Source: an uncultured Gemmatimonadota bacterium
GTDB taxonomy: Bacteria > Gemmatimonadota > Gemmatimonadetes > Palauibacterales > Palauibacteraceae
Assembly: GCA_964499635.1 (NCBI GenBank)
Contig: CAZCLY010000011.1
Span: 97,424-161,423, forward strand
Direction of reading: 5' to 3'
Length of the DNA stretch: 64,000 nucleotides
Made by a program: the position numbers and the translations under genes. Of the stretch, positions 1 through 9,671 are shown one piece after another. The notes beneath the pieces were generated by a model that was not told the origin of the DNA, ran no database searches, and saw only the letters and a list, made by a program, of their open reading frames with translations. Within the stretch, counting starts at the first letter, position 1. Each line of letters starts with the position of its first letter.

Positions 1-344
1 GAGGCCACGATCTCGAAGTCGCCCCATTCGGAGCGCAACGCGGGGATGTTGCCGGAATGCGGATAATCGGAGTGCGACAGGATGAGCGCCCGCGGCCCCG
101 CGCCCGCGGTCGCCTCCCGGATCCGCGCCGCCACGCGGTCGCGGTGGTGGAAGGATCCCGAATCGATGAGGATGTCGCCGCCGGGCGTCCGCACGAGGTA
201 GACGGACACGTGCAGGTGGGCGTCCCCCTCGGGGAAGCACTCGTGGATCCACTCCACACCGTCGGTCACGGTAATGGACGGCGTCGACGCGGCCGTCCCT
301 TCCGTGTCGCGGACGTCCGGGGCTCCCGGCGTCCCGCGGCTCAC
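1..344 (-). CDS. MBL-fold (ODP/FprA-like) protein, 5' part; runs off the window
   Basis: Not in the ORF track. Read by hand from GTG 344, which overlaps the upstream TGA (GTGA): ...VEWIHECFPEGDAHLHVSVYLVRTPGGDILIDSGS...LILSHSDYPHSGNIPALR. Clearly paralogous to the adjacent gene (WIQEC/NAYLL/SHPDVPHAGN). Confidence 0.8.
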   Translation of the reverse strand, partial: MSRGTPGAPDVRDTEGTAASTPSITVTDGVEWIHECFPEGDAHLHVSVYLVRTPGGDILIDSGSFHHRDRVAARIREATAGAGPRALILSHSDYPHSGNIPALRSEWGDFEIVA

Positions 345-1171
345 AGGACGCCTCCGCGCCCCGACTCGGCGACCCGGCGCACGACCTCGTTCATGAGCTG
401 GAAGTAGCGCTCCGGGTCCTCCCGGACGACGAGCCCGTGCGCGGGCGCGAGGTGGTACCCGCCGAACTCGCGCGCCAGCGCGTCGGTGGCCGCCCGCACC
501 CGGTCGACGTCGACGTACTGGAACCAGAACATCACGCGGCTGTGGAAGGCCTCCAGCCGATCGACGTCGATCTCCGCCTCGATCTCATCCGTGCGCCGCA
601 GGCACTCGCCCGAAACGTGCGGAAAGCCCAGCCAGTCGACGGTGAACAGCGTGCGGGTGGTCTCCTCGCACATCCACGTGTGGAGCGCCGCGTCGAGAAA
701 GGTGGCCTCGGGGAACCGGAGCGTGAGGCCCCCGAGGTCGATCACGTCATGCGGGCCCACGTGGAGCGCGTCGTCCAGGTGGTAGAGGGCGTGGGTCTCT
801 CCCGCTCTCGGGGCGACGAGCCGCGCCTCGGGGTGCCGGCGGCGGATGCGACCCGTGTTGCCCGCGTGCGGGACATCGGGGTGCGAGATGGCGAGATAGT
901 CGAGCGGCCGCCCGCCGAGGATGTCATCGAGGGCGGCGAGCACCAGGCCGCCGGCGGCGGGCGACAGGGTGTCGAACAGGAGGGTTCGCTCGCCCACGAG
1001 CAGGTACGCGTTCTGGGGGACGTGCAGCTCGCGTCCCCCGCCCGCCCACCGGGCGCCGTGCGCTGCGAGGTCCTGCGCGATCGCGACGCGATGCCGCCCG
1101 CACTCCTGGATCCAGTGGATCCCGGGCAGCACCTCGCGGTGCGGTGGTCGTTCGATCGGGCTCAAGGGCAT
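341..1171 (-). CDS. MBL-fold metallo-protein, ODP/FprA (flavodiiron N-terminal)-like, no flavodoxin domain
   Basis: NAYLLVGERTLLFDT, SHPDVPHAGN, TLFTVDWLG and LAPAHG motifs. Start is ATG 1171 or 1213; the ORF-track extension to 1396 overlaps tctC. Confidence 0.8.
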   Translation of the reverse strand: MPLSPIERPPHREVLPGIHWIQECGRHRVAIAQDLAAHGARWAGGGRELHVPQNAYLLVGERTLLFDTLSPAAGGLVLAALDDILGGRPLDYLAISHPDVPHAGNTGRIRRRHPEARLVAPRAGETHALYHLDDALHVGPHDVIDLGGLTLRFPEATFLDAALHTWMCEETTRTLFTVDWLGFPHVSGECLRRTDEIEAEIDVDRLEAFHSRVMFWFQYVDVDRVRAATDALAREFGGYHLAPAHGLVVREDPERYFQLMNEVVRRVAESGRGGVL

Positions 1172-1253
1172 CCTCGCGGGACGTTCGGCGTGGCCGGCGA
1201 GTCGGACCCGCATAGATTGGGCCCCATCCGATGCCTTCACCAGAGGAGAGCCG

Positions 1254-2255
1254 ATGCGCACGCGAGCGCCGACTGGGGTGTGGCTGTGCGCGGCGATCGC
1301 GTCGGCGGGGTGCGGCGCGCCGGCGCGCGACGGAGCGTCCACGGAGCGTGCGTCCGCGTATCCGAGCCGACCGATCGAGATCGTGTCGTGGGCCACCCCC
1401 GGGGGTCCCTCCGACCTCCTCGCGCGCGCGCTGGCCCGGGTGGCCCCCCGGCACTTCGGTCAGCCGGTCCGGGTCGTGACCCGGGAGGGCGGTGGTGGGG
1501 CCGCGACCATGCAGTACCTGACCCGGCACGCCGGCGATGGCCACGTGCTGGCCGTGTTCACCGCCAGCGGGGCGGTGAGCATGGCGGCGGGCCGGATTCC
1601 GTTCGAGCCCGGGGACTTCACCTTCCTCCTCCGGATCCAGCTCGACCCGTTCCTCATCGCGGTCCGGTCGGAGAGCCCGTATCGGGATCTGGCCGATCTG
1701 TTCGACGACGCGCGCCGCCGCCCCGGCGGGGTGTCGGTGTCGGGGTTCGGCGCGGCGTCCGCCCACTTCCTGGCGTTCGAGCGGCTGCGCGCCGCCGCCG
1801 CCGATCCCGACATCCGCTGGATCCCCTATGCGGGCTCGGGGGACGCCGTGGTGGCGGCGCTCGGGGGACACACCGATGCGGTCCATTCGAACTACGACAT
1901 CGTCCGCGAGCACGTACGCGCCGGCACGATGCGCGTGCTGGGCGTGGCCCTGCCCCTCGAGGCGCTCCCCGGGGTCGCGTCGTACGCCGAGCAGGGCTTC
2001 GACGTCGAGCCGGTCCACTGGCGCGGGGTGATGGGGCCCCCGGGGCTGTCGGACGCGCTGGCCGACGAGATCCGCGCGCGTCTCGAGGCGACGGTCCACG
2101 ACTCCGAGTTCGTCGCCTACATGGTGCGCGCCGAGATGCGCCCCGCCGGCATGTCCGACCGGGCCGAGTTCTCGGCCTGGGTGACGTCGGAGGTCGCCGC
2201 CAGCAGCGCCGCGCTCGTGCGGCTCGGGCTCGTGGGGGAACCGGACTCGGAATGA
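1254..2255 (+). CDS. tctC: Tripartite tricarboxylate transporter substrate-binding protein (TctC/Bug), lipoprotein
   Basis: YPSRPIEIVSWATPGGPSD, IPYAGSGDAVVAALGGH and WRGVMGPPG motifs; GAGGAG RBS before ATG 1254; lipobox-like SAGC. Confidence 0.92.
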   Translation: MRTRAPTGVWLCAAIASAGCGAPARDGASTERASAYPSRPIEIVSWATPGGPSDLLARALARVAPRHFGQPVRVVTREGGGGAATMQYLTRHAGDGHVLAVFTASGAVSMAAGRIPFEPGDFTFLLRIQLDPFLIAVRSESPYRDLADLFDDARRRPGGVSVSGFGAASAHFLAFERLRAAAADPDIRWIPYAGSGDAVVAALGGHTDAVHSNYDIVREHVRAGTMRVLGVALPLEALPGVASYAEQGFDVEPVHWRGVMGPPGLSDALADEIRARLEATVHDSEFVAYMVRAEMRPAGMSDRAEFSAWVTSEVAASSAALVRLGLVGEPDSE

Positions 2256-2758
2256 GGGCCGGTCTCGAACGCTGGACCGCCCCCACCGTCCTGGCCCTCG
2301 TGGCGGCGGTGGTCATCATCGACAGCCTCGCCTACCCGCCCTCCCTCGTGCCGGGGGCGCCCGGGCCCGCATTCTTCCCGCGTCTGCTGGCCGCCGGCCT
2401 GCTCGCCTGTGCGGGGGTCCTGGGCCGGCGCGCCGCGCGCGGGACGCCGCGACCCGACGGCGAGCCCGCTGGTGGCGCGACCGCGGCCGACGCCGACGGA
2501 AGAGGGACGGGGTCCCGGCTCCACCGCCTCGATCGCCCCCGGGTGGCGGGCGGGATCGTGGCGGTGGCGGGCTTTCTCCTGCTGGGCCCGCGCACCGACA
2601 CGATCGCCACGCTCCCCCTCCTGGTCACGTCGCTCATGGCCCTCATGGGCGAGCGACGCGTCGCGCCGCTCGTTGCCGTGCCGCTCGGGTTCACGCTGTT
2701 CGTGTACCTGGTGTTCGAGCGGGCGTTCGGCGTGCCGCTACCGACTTCGCTCTTCTGA
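2252..2758 (+). CDS. tctB: TTT small permease TctB
   Basis: ATGA overlap with tctC; PGPAFFPR motif, 4 TM segments, C-terminal YLVFERAFGVPLP. Confidence 0.88.
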   Translation: MRAGLERWTAPTVLALVAAVVIIDSLAYPPSLVPGAPGPAFFPRLLAAGLLACAGVLGRRAARGTPRPDGEPAGGATAADADGRGTGSRLHRLDRPRVAGGIVAVAGFLLLGPRTDTIATLPLLVTSLMALMGERRVAPLVAVPLGFTLFVYLVFERAFGVPLPTSLF

Positions 2759-2764
2759 GCGGTC

Positions 2765-4249
2765 GTGTCCGAGCTCGCCACCGGTCTGGCCACGGCGCTC
2801 CACCCCGTCAACGCGGCCTGGATCCTGGCGGGGGCGGTGCTGGGCATATTCGCCGGCGCGATGCCGGGTCTCAGCTCGACGGTCGGGCTCGCGATCCTCC
2901 TCCCCCTGACCTTCGCCCTCGACCCCGTGCCCGCGCTCCTCATGATGGTGTCGCTGTACATGTCCGCGCAGTACGGCGGCTCCATCACCGCGATCGCCAT
3001 CGGCGTGCCCGGCAGCTCGTCGGCCCTCGCGACCACCTTCGACGGATACCCCATGAGTCGCCGCGGCCAGGCGGCGCGCGCGCTCGGCATCTCGCTGTTC
3101 GCGTCGACGATGGGGGGCCTGTTCGGGGCCGTCCTGCTGGTGCTCGCCCTCGGTCCGCTGGCCCGTGCGGCGCTCGAGTTCGGGCCGGCGGAGTTCTTCG
3201 CACTCGGCGTGTTCGGGTTGTCGATCGTGGCGAATCTCGTGGGCCGAGACCCGGTGAAGGGCGTCGCGAGCGCGCTCCTCGGACTCCTCCTGTTCGTCGT
3301 CGGTCTGGACGTCCTGACCGGCGCGCCACGCCTCGCCTTCGGGACGACGGCCCTCATGGACGGGCTGGGTCTCGTCCCCATGCTCATCGGGTTCTTCGCG
3401 GTCGCCGAGGCCCTCGAAGCCATCGGCCGGCCCGCCGCGGCGCGGCCGTCCACCGGGATCGAGGGGGCCCGGCCGCGGCTGTCCGAGCTCTGCAGGCTGT
3501 GGCGCTCCGTGCTGCGTGGCTCGGCGATCGGCGGCTTCGTCGGCGCGATCCCCGGGGCGGGCGCCACGATCGCCTCGCTCGTGGCCTGGAACGAGGAGCG
3601 CCGGGCCTCGAGGACCCCGGAGCGCTTCGGGGCCGGGGCGCCCGAGGGCATCGCGGCGCCCGAAGCAGCCAACAACGCCTGCGTGGGGGCGGCGATGATC
3701 CCGCTCCTGTCGCTCGGGATCCCGGGGTCGGCCAGCGCCGCCGTCCTGCTCGGCGGCCTCCAGGTGCACGGTCTGTCGCCGGGCCCGCTCCTCGCGAGCG
3801 ATCATCCCGAGCTGGTGGCTGCGCTCGAGGCCGGGTTCTTCGTCGCGGTCGTGGCCATGGTTGCGGTCGGGCTCGCGGGGATCCCGCTGTGGACGCGCGT
3901 GGTGCGGGTGCGGGCGAGCACGCTTATGCCGATCGTGGTCGGGATCTCGCTCGTCGGCACGTTCGCCCTGCGCGGAAACCCGTTCGACGCCTGGGCGGCG
4001 CTTTTTTTCGGTGGTCTCGGCCTCGCGCTGGAGCGAGCCGGCTTCCCTCGCGTGCCGGTCGTCCTCGGCCTCATCCTGGGGCCGATGATCGAGACGAACT
4101 ACCGCCGCGCCCTGTCGCTCTCCTCCGGCTCGCACTGGACGTTCGTCGAGCACCCGATCAGTCTGGTCCTGCTGGTCCTGGCCGTGGCGAGCCTCGCGAC
4201 CCCGGTCATCGGCCGCCGACTGCGACTCAGACGGGAGGGAGCTTCGTGA
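2765..4249 (+). CDS. tctA: TTT large permease TctA
   Basis: GAMPGL, YGGSITAI, TTFDGYPM, APEAANNA and IPLLSLGIPGS motifs. Confidence 0.95.
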   Translation: MSELATGLATALHPVNAAWILAGAVLGIFAGAMPGLSSTVGLAILLPLTFALDPVPALLMMVSLYMSAQYGGSITAIAIGVPGSSSALATTFDGYPMSRRGQAARALGISLFASTMGGLFGAVLLVLALGPLARAALEFGPAEFFALGVFGLSIVANLVGRDPVKGVASALLGLLLFVVGLDVLTGAPRLAFGTTALMDGLGLVPMLIGFFAVAEALEAIGRPAAARPSTGIEGARPRLSELCRLWRSVLRGSAIGGFVGAIPGAGATIASLVAWNEERRASRTPERFGAGAPEGIAAPEAANNACVGAAMIPLLSLGIPGSASAAVLLGGLQVHGLSPGPLLASDHPELVAALEAGFFVAVVAMVAVGLAGIPLWTRVVRVRASTLMPIVVGISLVGTFALRGNPFDAWAALFFGGLGLALERAGFPRVPVVLGLILGPMIETNYRRALSLSSGSHWTFVEHPISLVLLVLAVASLATPVIGRRLRLRREGAS

Positions 4250-5643
4250 GCGCGACCCGGGCCGTGATCGACTTCGTCCTCGACATCGCGCTCGATCGTG
4301 TGCCCGACGAGGTCGTGCGCGAGGGCCGTCGCTGTGTGCTGGACGGGATCGGCGTCATCCTCGCCGGGGTCCCGGAAGCCTGTGCCCGGATCGTGCGCGA
4401 GGAGATGGCCGCGCGGGGCGGCAGCGGAGAGGCTACGCTGCTCGGTACCCCGGCGCGAGCCCCGGCCGGCCCGGCGGCGCGCGCCAACGGGACCGCCGGG
4501 CACGCGCTCGACTTCGATGACACGCAGCTGTCGAGCGCCCCCGATCGGATCTTCGGGCTACTCACGCACCCCACCGTGGCCCCGCTGGCCGCCGGGCTGG
4601 CGGTGGGCGAGCGCGAGGACGTATCCGGCGCCGCCTTCCTCGAGGCCTTCCTCACGGGGTTCGAGGTCGAATGCAAGATGGCGGAAGCCATCGACCCGCG
4701 GCATTATCGCGAGGGCTTCCATTCCACCGCCACCCTGGGGACGTTCGGGGCCGCCGTGTGCGCGGCGAAGCTCGTGCATCTGGCGGCGGATGAGTTCGAG
4801 ATGGCACTCGGGATCGCGGCCAGCCTCGCCGCCGGCATCCGGCTCGGGTTCGGCACCATGACCAAGCCCTTCCACGCGGGACGTGCGGCGGAGAACGGCA
4901 TCCTGGCCGTCGATCTCGCGGCGCGCGGGTTCACCGCGGGAGACGATCCCCTGGAGGCCGAGTGGGGCTTCTTCCAGGTGTTCGGAGGCGGGTTCGATGA
5001 GACGCGTCTCGTGGGAGCGCTCGGCCATCCGCATTCGATCGTCGACCCGGGCGTGTCGGTGAAGCCGTACCCTTCGGGGAGCCTCGGGCACCCCAGCATG
5101 GACGCGCTGCTCGCGCTGGTGACCGCGCACGACCTGGCCCCCGACGACGTCGAGCGCATCACGTTCCGCGCTGGGCACAACATCCTGCGGCCGCTCAGAT
5201 ATCGGCGACCGGAGACCGAGCTGGAGGCCAAGTTCTCGATCCCGTTCATCCTCACCAGCATCGTCCTCCGGCGCCGGGCCGGGATCGAGGAGTTCACCGA
5301 CGAGTTCGTGCGCTCGGAGGCGGTCCGGAGCTTCATGGAACGGGTCGACGTGCGCTTCGACGAGGAGATCGATGCGCGGGGGTACGACCGCATGCGGAGC
5401 CGGATCGACGTGCGGCTGAAGGACGGGCGCGAACTGACGACGACCGCCGACACGTACCGGGGCGGTCCAGAGCGGCCGCTGACCGGCGACGAGCTCGACG
5501 CCAAGTTCCGCGAGTGCGCGGCGCGGGTGCTGTCCCCGGCGGCGATCGAGGTGGCCCTCGAACGGCTGCGGGCGCTGGAGGACCTCGAGCGTCTGACGGA
5601 GCTCACCCGCGCCCTGGGCGTGCGTGCGGCGGGGGTTTCGTGA
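4246..5643 (+). CDS. MmgE/PrpD family protein
   Basis: GTGA overlap with tctA; ANGTAGHALDFDD, GFHST, TMTKPFHAG, KPYPS and AKFSIP motifs. Confidence 0.92.
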   Translation: MSATRAVIDFVLDIALDRVPDEVVREGRRCVLDGIGVILAGVPEACARIVREEMAARGGSGEATLLGTPARAPAGPAARANGTAGHALDFDDTQLSSAPDRIFGLLTHPTVAPLAAGLAVGEREDVSGAAFLEAFLTGFEVECKMAEAIDPRHYREGFHSTATLGTFGAAVCAAKLVHLAADEFEMALGIAASLAAGIRLGFGTMTKPFHAGRAAENGILAVDLAARGFTAGDDPLEAEWGFFQVFGGGFDETRLVGALGHPHSIVDPGVSVKPYPSGSLGHPSMDALLALVTAHDLAPDDVERITFRAGHNILRPLRYRRPETELEAKFSIPFILTSIVLRRRAGIEEFTDEFVRSEAVRSFMERVDVRFDEEIDARGYDRMRSRIDVRLKDGRELTTTADTYRGGPERPLTGDELDAKFRECAARVLSPAAIEVALERLRALEDLERLTELTRALGVRAAGVS

Positions 5644-7673
5644 GAGCCGCGGGGCGTTACGCCGGACGGATCGGGCGCGGCGGCGCGACGCGTATCGGAG
5701 TGCGTATTACGGCGTGGCTCCTCGCGCTCGCGGGGACGGGCGGCATGGGCGCCTGCGGGCGATGGGCGGCCGACGCCCCCGCGGGGGACGTCGTCGCCGA
5801 CTCGGGAAGGGCCGCAGCCGCATCGCCCGACGACCGCGGGCCGTACGACGTGGTCGAGGTCGAGACGGACCTCATGGTGGAGATGCGCGACGGCGTCCAC
5901 CTGGCGACCGATGTGTACCGACCCGCGCGCGGTGAGGCGCCGGTGGACGAGCGCTTCCCCGTGCTCCTCCACCGCACGCCGTACGACAAGACCGCGCGCG
6001 GGCTGGTGGCGCAGGCGCGCTGGTTCGCCACGCACGGTTATGTGGTCGTCCTGCAGGACACGCGCGGCCTGTACCGCTCCGAGGGCGAGTTCCAGAAGTA
6101 CAACCGATACGACGCCCCGGACGGCTTCGACACGATCGCGTGGATCGCCGGGCTCGACTACGTGCTCCCCAGCGTGGGGATGTGGGGCACCTCGTACGGG
6201 GCGCACACGCAGGCCGATGCCGCCAAGCTCGACCCCCCGGCCCTCGCCACCGCCGTGCTCACCATGGGCGGGCTGTCGGACGGATGGGATCACAAGGTGA
6301 GGAACCACGGCGCGTTCGAGCTCGGGCAGCAGCTCGGATGGGCACACGACCAGCTCGCGGCGGTGACCGATGACCCGGAGCTGCGGGAGCGCCTGGGACG
6401 CGAGCCGGTCTCGGAGTGGTTCGACCTGATCCCGTTCCGGCAGGGCCACAACCCGCTCTCGGTCGCGCCGAACTTCGAGGCGTACTTCCTCGGCATGCAG
6501 AACCACGGGGACTACGACGAGTACTGGAGCGGCATCGGGAGGAACTGGGTCGAGTACTACGACGGGACGGCCGACATCCCGATGCTGCACGTGGGCGGCT
6601 GGTACGATCCGTACGCCGGTGGGACGATCCGTAACTTCGTGGAGCTCGCGCGCCGCAAGCGGGCCCCCATGCGTCTCGTCATGGGCCCGTGGACGCACGG
6701 AGCGGCCTCGCGCTCGTACGCGGGCGACGTGGAGTTCGGCGACGCGGCCGCCATCCCGGAGTTCTCGCGCGGCTTCCACCTGCGCTGGTTCGATGCGCAT
6801 TTGAAGGGCGAGCTCGCCGACGAGAGGGGAGCGTCCGGCGACTCCGCGCGGATCTTCCTCATGGGGACGGGCGACGGGCACCGCGACCCGAACGGCCGCC
6901 TGTACCACGGCGGGCGCTGGATCGACGCGGCATCGTGGCCTCTCCCCGGCACCCGGACCGTGCCGTACTACGCATGGGGGGACGGGACGTTGCGACCGGA
7001 GCCGCCCCTGGCGGACGGCGGCGCCACCACCTACACCTACGACCCGCACGCCCCCGTCCCGACGATCGGCGGATCGTTCTCCGGCGCCCTCAAGCGGGGC
7101 GCCTACGACCAGGTCGAGCGCCCGTTCCGCTCGCTCGAGGGGGGGTCGGAAAACGGGTTCTACGGTTCGCGCCCTCCCTATCCGCGGCTTCGCGACCGCC
7201 CCGACGTGCTCGTGTTCGAGACCCCGCCCCTGGAGGAGGACGTCACGGTGGTGGGGCCGATCACGGTGCGGCTGTGGGTGTCGTCCTCGGCCGTGGACAC
7301 CGACTTCACGGCCAAGCTCATCGACGTGTATCCGCCCGGCGGAGACTGGCCGGAGGGGTTCGACCTCAACCTCACGGACGGGATCATCCGCGCCCGCTAC
7401 CGCGGTTCGAGGGAGCGCGCCGAGCTCATGGAGCCGGGCGTCGTGTACGAGGTCGTCATCGAGCCCTTCCCGACGGCCAACCTGTTCAAGGCGGGCCACC
7501 GGATCCGGATCGACATCTCGAGCTCCAACTACCCGCGCTTCGACGTCAATCCGAACACGGGCGAGCCGCTGGGGCGCCACACGCACATGATCGCGGCCGA
7601 CAACACCGTATACCACGATGCGGCGCACCCGAGCCAGGTGGAGCTTCCGATCGCGCAGCTCGCCGGCGGATGA
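5640..7673 (+). CDS. CocE/NonD family hydrolase (S15-like), probable lipoprotein
   Basis: MRDGVHLATDVYRP, RTPY, QDTRG, nucleophile GTSYGA, GGWYD, GPWTH, DTDFTAKL and ISSSNYPRF. Start is approximate (GTGA overlap). Confidence 0.93.
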   Translation: MRAAGRYAGRIGRGGATRIGVRITAWLLALAGTGGMGACGRWAADAPAGDVVADSGRAAAASPDDRGPYDVVEVETDLMVEMRDGVHLATDVYRPARGEAPVDERFPVLLHRTPYDKTARGLVAQARWFATHGYVVVLQDTRGLYRSEGEFQKYNRYDAPDGFDTIAWIAGLDYVLPSVGMWGTSYGAHTQADAAKLDPPALATAVLTMGGLSDGWDHKVRNHGAFELGQQLGWAHDQLAAVTDDPELRERLGREPVSEWFDLIPFRQGHNPLSVAPNFEAYFLGMQNHGDYDEYWSGIGRNWVEYYDGTADIPMLHVGGWYDPYAGGTIRNFVELARRKRAPMRLVMGPWTHGAASRSYAGDVEFGDAAAIPEFSRGFHLRWFDAHLKGELADERGASGDSARIFLMGTGDGHRDPNGRLYHGGRWIDAASWPLPGTRTVPYYAWGDGTLRPEPPLADGGATTYTYDPHAPVPTIGGSFSGALKRGAYDQVERPFRSLEGGSENGFYGSRPPYPRLRDRPDVLVFETPPLEEDVTVVGPITVRLWVSSSAVDTDFTAKLIDVYPPGGDWPEGFDLNLTDGIIRARYRGSRERAELMEPGVVYEVVIEPFPTANLFKAGHRIRIDISSSNYPRFDVNPNTGEPLGRHTHMIAADNTVYHDAAHPSQVELPIAQLAGG

Positions 7674-7702
7674 GCGCCGGGAGTGACGGGTGCGACGCCC
7701 GC

Positions 7703-8701
7703 TCAGGGGGCGTAGGGCGCGAAGTGCTCCTTCAGGAGCTCGTTCAGCCGCTCCGGCGCCTGCTCGGGGACCCAGTGGCTCGCGCCCTCCAGCACCTCGA
7801 ACCTGTACGGCCCTTCCACGAAATCGGCCGTCAGCTCGGCGCCCTCGCGTCCGAGCGCGACGTCACCGGTGCTCCACACGAACATCGTGGGCATCCGGAT
7901 CGGGGTCACCGGAGGCCGTCGAAACGGGAGCGTCATGGCCCGATACCACGCGAGCGCCGCGTCGAGGGCTCCCGGCGACGCGAGGCGGTCGACGTACGTG
8001 TCGATCTCCTCCTCCGTGAGCCCCGCCCCGGCGTAGATGCCGCGCAGGAACGCCGCGTCGTCGCCCAGGAAGACGTCCACCGCGCCGTCGGAGCGGAACA
8101 TGTCCATGTAGCCCGACATCCGGGCCTGCTCGCCCGCGGGGTTCGCGAGGGCCCGACCGAACGCGAACGGGTGCGGCACCGAGATCGGCACGAGCGAGAT
8201 GACGTGGTCGGGCTGCGTCATCGCCGTGTACCACGCGACCGCGGCGCCCCAGTCGTGCCCCACGAGGTGGAAGCGCTCGTGCCCGAGCGCCGCCGCGATG
8301 GCGATCACGTCCCCCACGAGCCGGGGCACCTCGTACGCCTCGTCTCCCAGCGGGCGCGCATCGGGCGAGTATCCGCGCTGGTCCGGGGCCACGACGCGAA
8401 AGCCCATGCCGGCGAGGACGGGCATCTGGTGACGCCACTCGAACGAGCTCTGCGGAAAGCCGTGCAGCATCAGGATGAGCGGCCCATCCACCGGCCCGGC
8501 CGCCCGGGCATCGAACACCAGGTCGTTCGCCTCGATCCGCAACGGTTCCATGGTGTCCTGTCCCCATGCATCGCCGGCGACGCAGGCCGTCCAGGAGAGC
8601 CCGACCGTCCATGCGGCGAGGACCCGGCCCGCGCCGGCCGGCGGGCGGGCCCGGCGCCCGACGAACGGGGCCCGCCAAGGGCCGCCGGGGCATCGTCTCA
8701 T
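7703..8701 (-). CDS. Alpha/beta hydrolase, epoxide-hydrolase-like, with putative signal peptide
   Basis: LHGFPQ, PDQRGYS, VGHDWGA and SHWVPEQAP. Confidence 0.9.
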   Translation of the reverse strand: MRRCPGGPWRAPFVGRRARPPAGAGRVLAAWTVGLSWTACVAGDAWGQDTMEPLRIEANDLVFDARAAGPVDGPLILMLHGFPQSSFEWRHQMPVLAGMGFRVVAPDQRGYSPDARPLGDEAYEVPRLVGDVIAIAAALGHERFHLVGHDWGAAVAWYTAMTQPDHVISLVPISVPHPFAFGRALANPAGEQARMSGYMDMFRSDGAVDVFLGDDAAFLRGIYAGAGLTEEEIDTYVDRLASPGALDAALAWYRAMTLPFRRPPVTPIRMPTMFVWSTGDVALGREGAELTADFVEGPYRFEVLEGASHWVPEQAPERLNELLKEHFAPYAP

Positions 8702-8925
8702 GCGTCGTCGGGGCGCGGCCTAGGCTTGGCGACCAGCTTGTAGACCACGTACCCCACCACCAGCACGAGCACCGCGCCCGTCAGCCACGGCAGGAAGCTC
8801 CACAGGATGCCCAGTGCGATCACGGTCACCGCCCCTTCGACCCGTCCCACGAGACGGTGGCGTCGTCGCGTCTTCACGATCTCGCGCTCCGTATACAGCT
8901 CCGGGATGTAGTCGCTGTCCTTCAT
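8698..8925 (-). CDS. Small membrane protein, hypothetical
   Basis: MKDSDYIPELY..., two hydrophobic segments, GGAGAG RBS; its stop overlaps the next ATG. Confidence 0.65.
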   Translation of the reverse strand: MKDSDYIPELYTEREIVKTRRRHRLVGRVEGAVTVIALGILWSFLPWLTGAVLVLVVGYVVYKLVAKPRPRPDDA

Positions 8926-9151
8926 CGTGCTCTCCGGGGGCAGGGGGCGACGGAGCGTCGCGTCCACGCAGCCCCTACGAGGAACGGGGTCGGCGCGTGT
9001 CGGCGTCACGGCTCCCGACCGCCACTGGTATCGCCGGGCCCTCAACCTATTCGAGCCCCGGGCGGGTTCGCACCCGGTCCCACGGCGGCCCGTGCGCCAA
9101 CCGACGGTCTACGCTACACTTGGACCGGACCTCATCCGCCGGCCGGGACCC

Positions 9152-9652
9152 ATGGAATCGACATCCGAAGCGCCTGGCGTCGTCGTTGCAGATGAACGAG
9201 GCGTGGCGGCCCAGCAAGCGATCGTACGCCAGCTCATCCGCGCGAGCGTGCCGCTGGGCCTGACGCTGGTGCTCACCTGCATACGCATCGCGCTCGGGAC
9301 CTACGGTCTCAGGGGCACCTACATCCTGTTGTTCGGGTCGCTCGTCGCGTGGGGCGCCATGTTCCTGTACATCCTGCCGACCGTCCTGATGGCGTACGGG
9401 CACGAGCGTCCGTGGTGGACGGGGCCCGCCTCGATCCTCGGGTTCCTTCCGCTGGTGTACGGACTGTACCTCACGGCGATCGGCGGCGCTCTGGGAGCGT
9501 TCCGGGCCCAGACGATCTACGAGGCGATCATGGGCGTCCTGTTCCTCATCGCCGGCTTCCTGTATCTCCGCGACTACTCCCAGCTCACGATGCTGGGCCG
9601 GCGTATCGAGGCCTCCGTGGGCGGGGCGCCTCCCGTGGAGGCGATCGACTGA
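9152..9652 (+). CDS. Hypothetical 4-TM membrane protein
   Basis: Four hydrophobic helices; GC3-biased codons; ATG 9152. Confidence 0.7.
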   Translation: MESTSEAPGVVVADERGVAAQQAIVRQLIRASVPLGLTLVLTCIRIALGTYGLRGTYILLFGSLVAWGAMFLYILPTVLMAYGHERPWWTGPASILGFLPLVYGLYLTAIGGALGAFRAQTIYEAIMGVLFLIAGFLYLRDYSQLTMLGRRIEASVGGAPPVEAID

Positions 9653-9671
9653 CCCGCGGGAGTCGTGACGC

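Noticed and set aside
341-1171. Metallo-beta-lactamase resistance gene
   Set aside because: Lacks HxHxDH and a signal peptide; only the fold is shared.
4704-7628. 974-aa minus-strand ORF, and similar long ORFs at 18439-21216, 21059-23194, 25072-27330, 32476-34770, 41377-43575 and 48696-50831
   Set aside because: Antisense or frame shadows of well-supported genes in high-GC DNA; R/G/P-rich with no motifs.
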